Positions 58,270 to 64,000 of a stretch of 64,000 nucleotides of DNA are shown piece after piece. Made by a program: the position numbers and the translations under genes. A model generated the notes under the pieces. That model was not told where the DNA came from. It saw only the letters and a list, made by a program, of their open reading frames with translations, and did no database searches. Origin of the DNA: Octopus sinensis. Its lineage: Eukaryota. The stretch's first letter is position 1, and each line of letters begins with the position of its first letter. The DNA is taken from positions 18,724,001 through 18,788,000 of the forward strand of contig NC_043022.1 in the NCBI RefSeq assembly GCF_006345805.1, given 5' to 3'.

Positions 58270-61200
58270 GTATATATGGATGGATGGATGGATGGATTAC
58301 ACACACACACACACATACACAGCATCAATTTCTTTTATTTCTTGTCACCTATTCTACTCAAATGGTTTTGGTTGGCCCAGGGCTATAGAAGACTTTCTCC
58401 CAGAATGCCACATAGGTTTAAACAGAAAAGTACATGGTTGAGAACAAAACTTCTTAGTACACTGTCGTACCTATTCCTGTATCCCATGCCTGCACTTATG
58501 CATGTGCGTGTGTGTGTGTTTTATGGCTGGTGACCTTGTAGAAGTGGAATGTGTGTAGTGTTTTCGGGGTGGGGAATTGTTAGGTGGTAGCTGAAAGACT
58601 GCATAAACATCTTTGTGTTCCTTTGAGATAAATTCTTTGGAGCATTTACGCAGGTATGGAGTGTGCGTAGGGGTAGTATATATGCAGGGACTTAAACTGG
58701 TTGAGGTGGAAATGGGTCTATTGGGTAGATGTCTGCCGAAATAGGGCAAGTGTGTGTGCCTGTTCTGGTCAAATTCTTTTACAGATTCCTAGGTATTTTG
58801 TGGTGGGAGGGCTGAAGTTGGGGGACTGGTACTTATAGTCACGATGGCGCACATAGATGCAACAGGATGTATTTCCTTTCATGTAGGCAAGTGTTATATA
58901 TCTCACTTCTCTTGTTGAGATAGATGTGTGGGTGCCAAGAGTTATTTTCTCAGCCAAGCATAATCTGCATTTCTTGCTGCTACTGAAGTAAGCTTTACAT
59001 TTCTCTAATATCCTCCGCTTTATACTCTTTATATTCCATGGCACTTTCTTTCACGACCATATATGCTTGGCCAGGGTCGTGGTGTTTTATCCCTCTAGGA
59101 TGCTGAAGGAGGACTTCAGGTTCTGAAGGTGCCAAAGAATTTAAACAAAACATAAATAATAAGCACAAACACACACACGAAGGCTTATGCAGTCTTGCAC
59201 CCTCCACCCACACCACTCCCTTAAAATCACTGATTAAAAAGTTTTGTGATAACTATTGTACTCCAGGTAAACCAAAATTGAAAGTCAAAGTTGGAGTCCA
59301 TCACCCTCAAATTTGTAAATCCATGGTTTCAGGATGATACACAAAATAAACAGAAATTACAGGTTACATACATTTATTTATTCATTATAGTCTTACAGCT
59401 ATTTCGCCCATGCATTTGTGTCGTGTTCATGGTTCAATTTCATCAACAGGCATAGCTGAAACAGCTGTGACTAATCTGAGTTTCTGAATTTTCTCTTTTG
59501 TTCATTTTTGAATTTTTCTACGCTTGGATTTTTCTAGGTTCTTATGTGAAAACGTGTGAGAGGAATGGCAGTTGTGACAAGTGTTTGCCTTGTCCCTCTG
59601 GAACTGGGAACCTATTCATCACGTCATCATTTGATGTCAAAAGATGCCATAAAGATAACTGCCCCACAGGTAAATATCATTTCTATTACAATATCACTTT
59701 CTGTTCAAGAAAACTACACGAAGGCGGTGAGCTGGCAGAATCGTTAGCACACCGGGCGAAATGCTTAGCGGTATTTCAAATTCCGCCGAGGTCGACTTTG
59801 CCTTTCATCCTTTTGGGATTGCTTAAATAAGCGCCATATTCACACTGGGGTCGATACAATCGACTTAATCCGTTTGTCTGTCTTTGTTTGTCTTCTCTGT
59901 GTTTAGCCCCTTGTGGGTAGTAAAGAAATAGGTATGTTAGATACACGATTTTAGCCACCACCTCACCCCCACCCAACAAAAAATTCCTCATAACAATCAG
60001 TTCTCATAAACTTTAATACGCTAAAAACTTTTCTCCCGCAAAATAATCACTACTGAAACTAAATTGTTTCTATCACCATTTCTGCCACAAAAATTCAGTG
60101 GCCTTGTGCAAGGGGAGACAACTCCTGGTATATTATTGCTTTTAAAAGAATTGCCTTTTTACTTTCTTGTTTGCGAAACTGTGTTTGTACAATCTATGTA
60201 TTTATTTTCAACACTTCAAAGGCGACCGCACATCGCCTGTCAACTATCGCCCCGTCAGTCTTACTAGCTGCATCGCCAATCTGATGGAATCCTGTATCAG
60301 GGAAACCCTCTGGAACTTCTGGAAGTCTCACAGCCTCATCCAGCCGTCACAATTCGGATTTATTCCTAACTCCAGCTGCTGTAATCAACTCATCGAGTTT
60401 CTTGAAGACGTTACCCAAATCACTGATCGCGGATCCTGGGTGGATGTTGTTTACCTGGACTTTTCAAAGGCTTTTAACTCTGTGCCACACAAAAGACTTA
60501 CGGTGAAGCTTTCTGCGTTGGGTGTAAGAGACAAACTCTATAACTGGCTGAAATCCTTTATTTTCAACCGAAAAGAGGTTGTCACAGTTCTAGCACAGCA
60601 CTCTTCGCCCTATGAGATGACATCTGGTGTACTACAGGGATCTGTTCTTGGCCCCCTTTTATTTGTTGCATATGTTAATGACATAGATGCCAACTTAAAG
60701 AATGCCACAGTGCTGAAATATGCAGATGACATCAAGCTGTATCTCGAAATAAAGAGGTCAAATCCTGTACACTATAGATCTCTATTGCAAGCAGACCTGG
60801 ACACAATGCAGCAGTGGATCATGGACTGGCAACTCAAGCTGGCTGTGGACAAATGTACCACCATGCATTTTGGGAGGAGAAACCCAGCGTCCACCTACTC
60901 CCTCCACAACACTAGTCTCAAAAAGTCTTCATGTGAACGTGACCTGGGTGTTATTGTCAACAGTGATTTGCGTTGGACAAAACACATCACTAAAATTGTC
61001 AAGAAGGCTGAGGGTGTCTTGGCATCACTCACCAAATCCTTTGTGAGCCGCTCTCCGGCTATCTCTCTGCGGCTTTATCTAGCTATGGTAAGACCTCACC
61101 TGGAATTTGCATCACCGGTCTGGAACCCCTATCTTGCCCAGGATATCAATTGTCTGGAAGCTGTTCAGCGACGTGCAACCAAAAGAATACCCTCCATCAG

Positions 61201-63553
61201 GCATTTGCCATATCCTGAACGCCTTACTTCCCTGGGCATGGACACATTGAAACTCCGACGTCTGGCAGCTGACTTGGCAGACACCCATAAAATTATCAAC
61301 CATCGTACAAACAATAACTCTGAGCACCTTTTCAAACTCCACCCATCTAACACCCGTGGACATGTTTACAAAGTCAGAAAACAGCACAGCTCCCATGACT
61401 TCAGGAAACATTTTTTCACGCTGAGAGTTGCTGAAGCATGGAACAAACTGCTGGCATCAGTTGTTAGTTGTCGGAGCACTGCATCCTTTAAAACTTCCAT
61501 GCTTTCTGAGATTCGCCAACACTACACCTGATTTTCTCTTCCCCTCCATACACACGCAAGCATGTATCTGACTCATACATTGTTCGCTTTCCAGACATTT
61601 TTACATTACTGCATGTACTTTATATGCACTTTCTGACAAGTTGTGGTGCACCTGAGCACTGTATACAATAATTTCATTATATTATTATATATAAAGTTTA
61701 TGCTGCATTAGAATACACAAATTCTGCAATATTTACCAAAGAGAAAACTGTCATAAGGTTATAATGTTGCATAAAAGCACATCATCATTGCTGTCACCAG
61801 CGGTAGACAATCACTGGCCTTTTGCGACCTCAGCACTTGTTTCGGCTCTATATTTCCATGTATATCGCTAGCGCAGCAGTTACTGCTATTTCTGCTTGGT
61901 GTCTATCATTGAAAAGGCCAAATTAGGCTGAAATTATCTAATCTAGTAGTCCGAGCAGTGGAACCAATAGTGATTGTCTGCCACTGGCAATAGCTGTGGT
62001 ATACGTTTACGCATGGCTTCACCACGTTAGAGTTTTATCTCTTGGTAAATATTGCAGTATTTCTTTGTTCTCATGCAACATCCACTTTTAAGTGGTGAAT
62101 ATTTTACCTTTGCATGTGTCATAAATTTTGACAAATTAAACGGAAACACGACCAAGGAACAAGCAGAAAATTCACTCACAAGACACAGATGTGCTAATTC
62201 CTCGTCAGTTATCGCTTCCCCAAAAAATCCTTGCAATGTCCCATCTATAATGATAATATTGTTCATATTTTGGTGGTGTCGACGGGGAAAGGCTGCTGGA
62301 AATATTGGGCAAACGATGGTGACATTGATGAAAATAAACACAACACGTAAATGTGAAAATACAAAGTAAACAATAAGCGTACTAAATATATATTTTGTAA
62401 ACAAAGGAAGGCTCTAAATGGAGAGAAATGTATGGGTAACACAAAGGAAAATGTCCAGTAGGTCTGGAAACAGAAAGGGGACAGGTGGAAAGACTGAACA
62501 AAAGGTGTAAAAAAGATAAATTGTGTTGAAAGTAGAGAAAGAAGTAAGAGAAACCCACCAAGGTACGCTCAACTATCTACACTCGACAAGTCCACACTTG
62601 ATAGGCTACGCTCAACAAGTCCACACTTGACAAGCTACACTCGACAAGCCCACACTTGACAGGCTACACTCGACAAGCCCACACTTGACAAGCTACACTC
62701 ACCATTCTCCTTATCTCTCTCATTCACCCTTTTTCTTTCTCTCACTCTTAAGGTTCCTTTCGAACCTCTGAAGACAAGTGTGAGTGTGCCTTTCATGATG
62801 GTTACATAGAAACCGAAGACAAAATGTTCTGTCAAAAAATTGATCGCGTATGTCAGCCAGGACTGGAATTAAACTTTCGAGGTAGGTCACATGATTCCTT
62901 AATTTCCTTATTTAATTATTCTTTCACAGATTAATAACTGCTTCTCTTCTTCTCATATGCCACCAGTGAGGTATGGAAATAACGGCAGCTGAATTTCCTT
63001 GAAAGTTGATCTCATAACCATTGTCATCATCAGCACCAGTTTCACTGCCGTCATCATCACCACCACTGTCATCATCCTCATCACTACTATCACCACCACT
63101 ACCACCATCATCATCACTCACACCAGTACTATCGTCACCACCACCACCACCATCTTGACACCAAGCAATAGTTGTAAATGAGTGCCACTGTCATACAAGC
63201 AGGGTCGTTTCATTTCCAATCTTCCATGGAAGCATGTCTAGCCATGGAGGAAATAAAAGTTGACCTCGACCGGAAGAAGACAGGGTGTTTGGCAACACTG
63301 AGGACGAGGACAACAGCAGCAGCAGCAACAAGGGTCATGATGACAATGGCAACGATAACGATGATGGTGGTGGTGGTGGTGGTGGTAATGATAATAACAA
63401 CGATGATGATGATGATGATGATATATAAATATGTAATTCATTTTCTTTTCCCATCCTCCCATTTTTGTTTTTTCTTACAGGTAGATGCGAGACTTGTGCA
63501 GACGACCATTACAAATACTGGAATGGACATGGTTATTGCGTTAAACAAATGGA
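54555..63553 (+). CDS. Gene B: second TNFR-like paralog, 3'-incomplete (signal exon + 4 Cys-rich exons)
   Basis: Five AG/GT-bounded exons; the four Cys-rich ones match gene A exons in phase and (near-)length and conserve all Cys; spliced N-terminus MKAPASIVFIVYLFYQVSRVSGVCPEGQLEHGDKCC... Confidence 0.85.
54620..55540 (+). mobile_element. Highly degenerate CR1-like LINE RT fragment just after the gene B signal exon
   Basis: LGIVGKLGEWLHDFLKDRS...SGVPPRTVLRPLLL (decayed SGVPQGSVLGPLLF). Confidence 0.7.
56431..56515 (+). CDS. Gene B exon E2: VSRVSGVCPEGQLEHGDKCCKPVTHCPS(G)
   Basis: tttctctttcaatttAG| ... tcag|GTaat; 85 nt; 15/28 aa identical to gene A E2. Confidence 0.88.
57476..58226 (+). mobile_element. 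Helitron-like element of the same family with a different internal segment
   Basis: 5' TC after (TA)n; 3' hairpin cccgagcaaagccggg (58199-58214) + CTAG|T. Confidence 0.7.
58760..59120 (-). mobile_element. Penelope-like fragment (C-terminal GIY-YIG region)
   Basis: RRILEKCKAYFSSSKKCRLCLAEK resembles the conserved W.I......Y......C.LCL.EK end of Penelope-like ORFs. Confidence 0.6.
59538..59669 (+). CDS. Gene B exon E3: GSYVKTCERNGSCDKCLPCPSGTGNLFITSSFDVKRCHKDNCPT
   Basis: 132 nt, AG/GT; 36/44 aa identical to gene A E3. Confidence 0.92.
59723..59930 (+). mobile_element. tRNA-derived SINE with a Nin/Deu-like core; minus copies at ~27470-27675 and three in 40960-41690
   Basis: ggcggtgagctggcagaatcgttagc head; core aaattccgccgaggtcgactttgcctttcatcc; absent at the matching gene A position. 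Confidence 0.75.
60218..61690 (+). mobile_element. 5'-truncated CR1/L2-like LINE with an uninterrupted RT ORF (~440 aa) in gene B intron E3-E4
   Basis: NYRPVSLTS, YLDFSKAFNSVPH, SGVLQGSVLGPLLF, YADDIKL; absent from the matching gene A intron. Confidence 0.9.
62753..62881 (+). CDS. Gene B exon E4: GSFRTSEDKCECAFHDGYIETEDKMFCQKIDRVCQPGLELNFR
   Basis: ctcactcttaAG|gt ... cgag|GTaggt; 129 nt; ~22/43 aa identical to gene A E4. Confidence 0.88.
63481..63553 (+). CDS. Gene B exon E5: GRCETCADDHYKYWNGHGYCVKQM
   Basis: ttttgtttttcttacAG|gt ... atgga|GTaagcc; 73 nt; 13/24 aa identical to gene A E5. Confidence 0.88.
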
Positions 63554-64000
63554 GTAAGCCAGCTTTATTTGTTTTGTTACTTTATTCGTTTGTCATTGGA
63601 TTACAGCCCCAGCTGGGGCAATGTCTTGAAGGGTTTAGTTGAACAAACTGACCCCAGTACTTATGTTTTTGTATTGTTTTTTAAAGTTGGGAATTTATTC
63701 TATCAGTCTCTTTTGCCAAACTGCTAAGTTACAGGAACATAAACAAACCAATACAGATTACAATACATAGCAGTATGTTTTTCAGTCTGTAGGCCGAGAG
63801 AATCTCCTTATGAAAGTGCCAAACTGAGGTGGGTTGGTCAGTTGGTGTGCATGGAAGACACTCATTACCTAATCAGCATTTCAATTCCATTTTCCATCCT
63901 GGCATGGGTTGGACGGTTGGACTGAAAACAGGTAAACCAGGGAACTGTACCAGGTTCTAATCTGATTCGAGATGGATGCCCTTCCTAATGCCAACCACTC

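Overview
This is AT-rich, microsatellite- and transposon-dense animal genomic DNA. The SINE/LINE/Penelope repertoire and (TA)n/(GAT)n density suggest a cephalopod, probably Octopus (inference). The ORF track is mostly noise. Reading splice sites by hand reveals two tandem, same-strand (+) paralogous genes encoding TNF-receptor-superfamily-like type I membrane proteins. Gene A (4666-38016) has 14 coding exons in the window; its signal-peptide exon was not found and probably lies upstream. These exons splice with consistent phases into 1515 nt (504 aa + stop): Cys-rich TNFR-like repeats, a Ser/Thr/Pro stalk, a TM helix, a juxtamembrane CC, and a ~230-aa tail with no recognisable death domain. 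The tail has 13 Tyr and TRAF-, PI3K-, ITIM-, SH3- and WW-ligand-like motifs. Gene B (54555->63553) runs off the window end; its signal peptide plus four Cys-rich exons are visible. The paralogs show a strongly mosaic identity: some coding exons are ~68-71% identical while an adjacent intron is ~98% identical. Introns and the intergenic region hold Penelope-like elements (with minimal hammerhead-like motifs), CR1/L2-, RTE- and R4/Dong-like LINE pieces, several SINE families, Helitron-like elements (one head-to-tail pair), hAT and piggyBac-type remnants/MITEs, long hairpins and several tandem arrays. All counts and identities were done by hand and should be recomputed.
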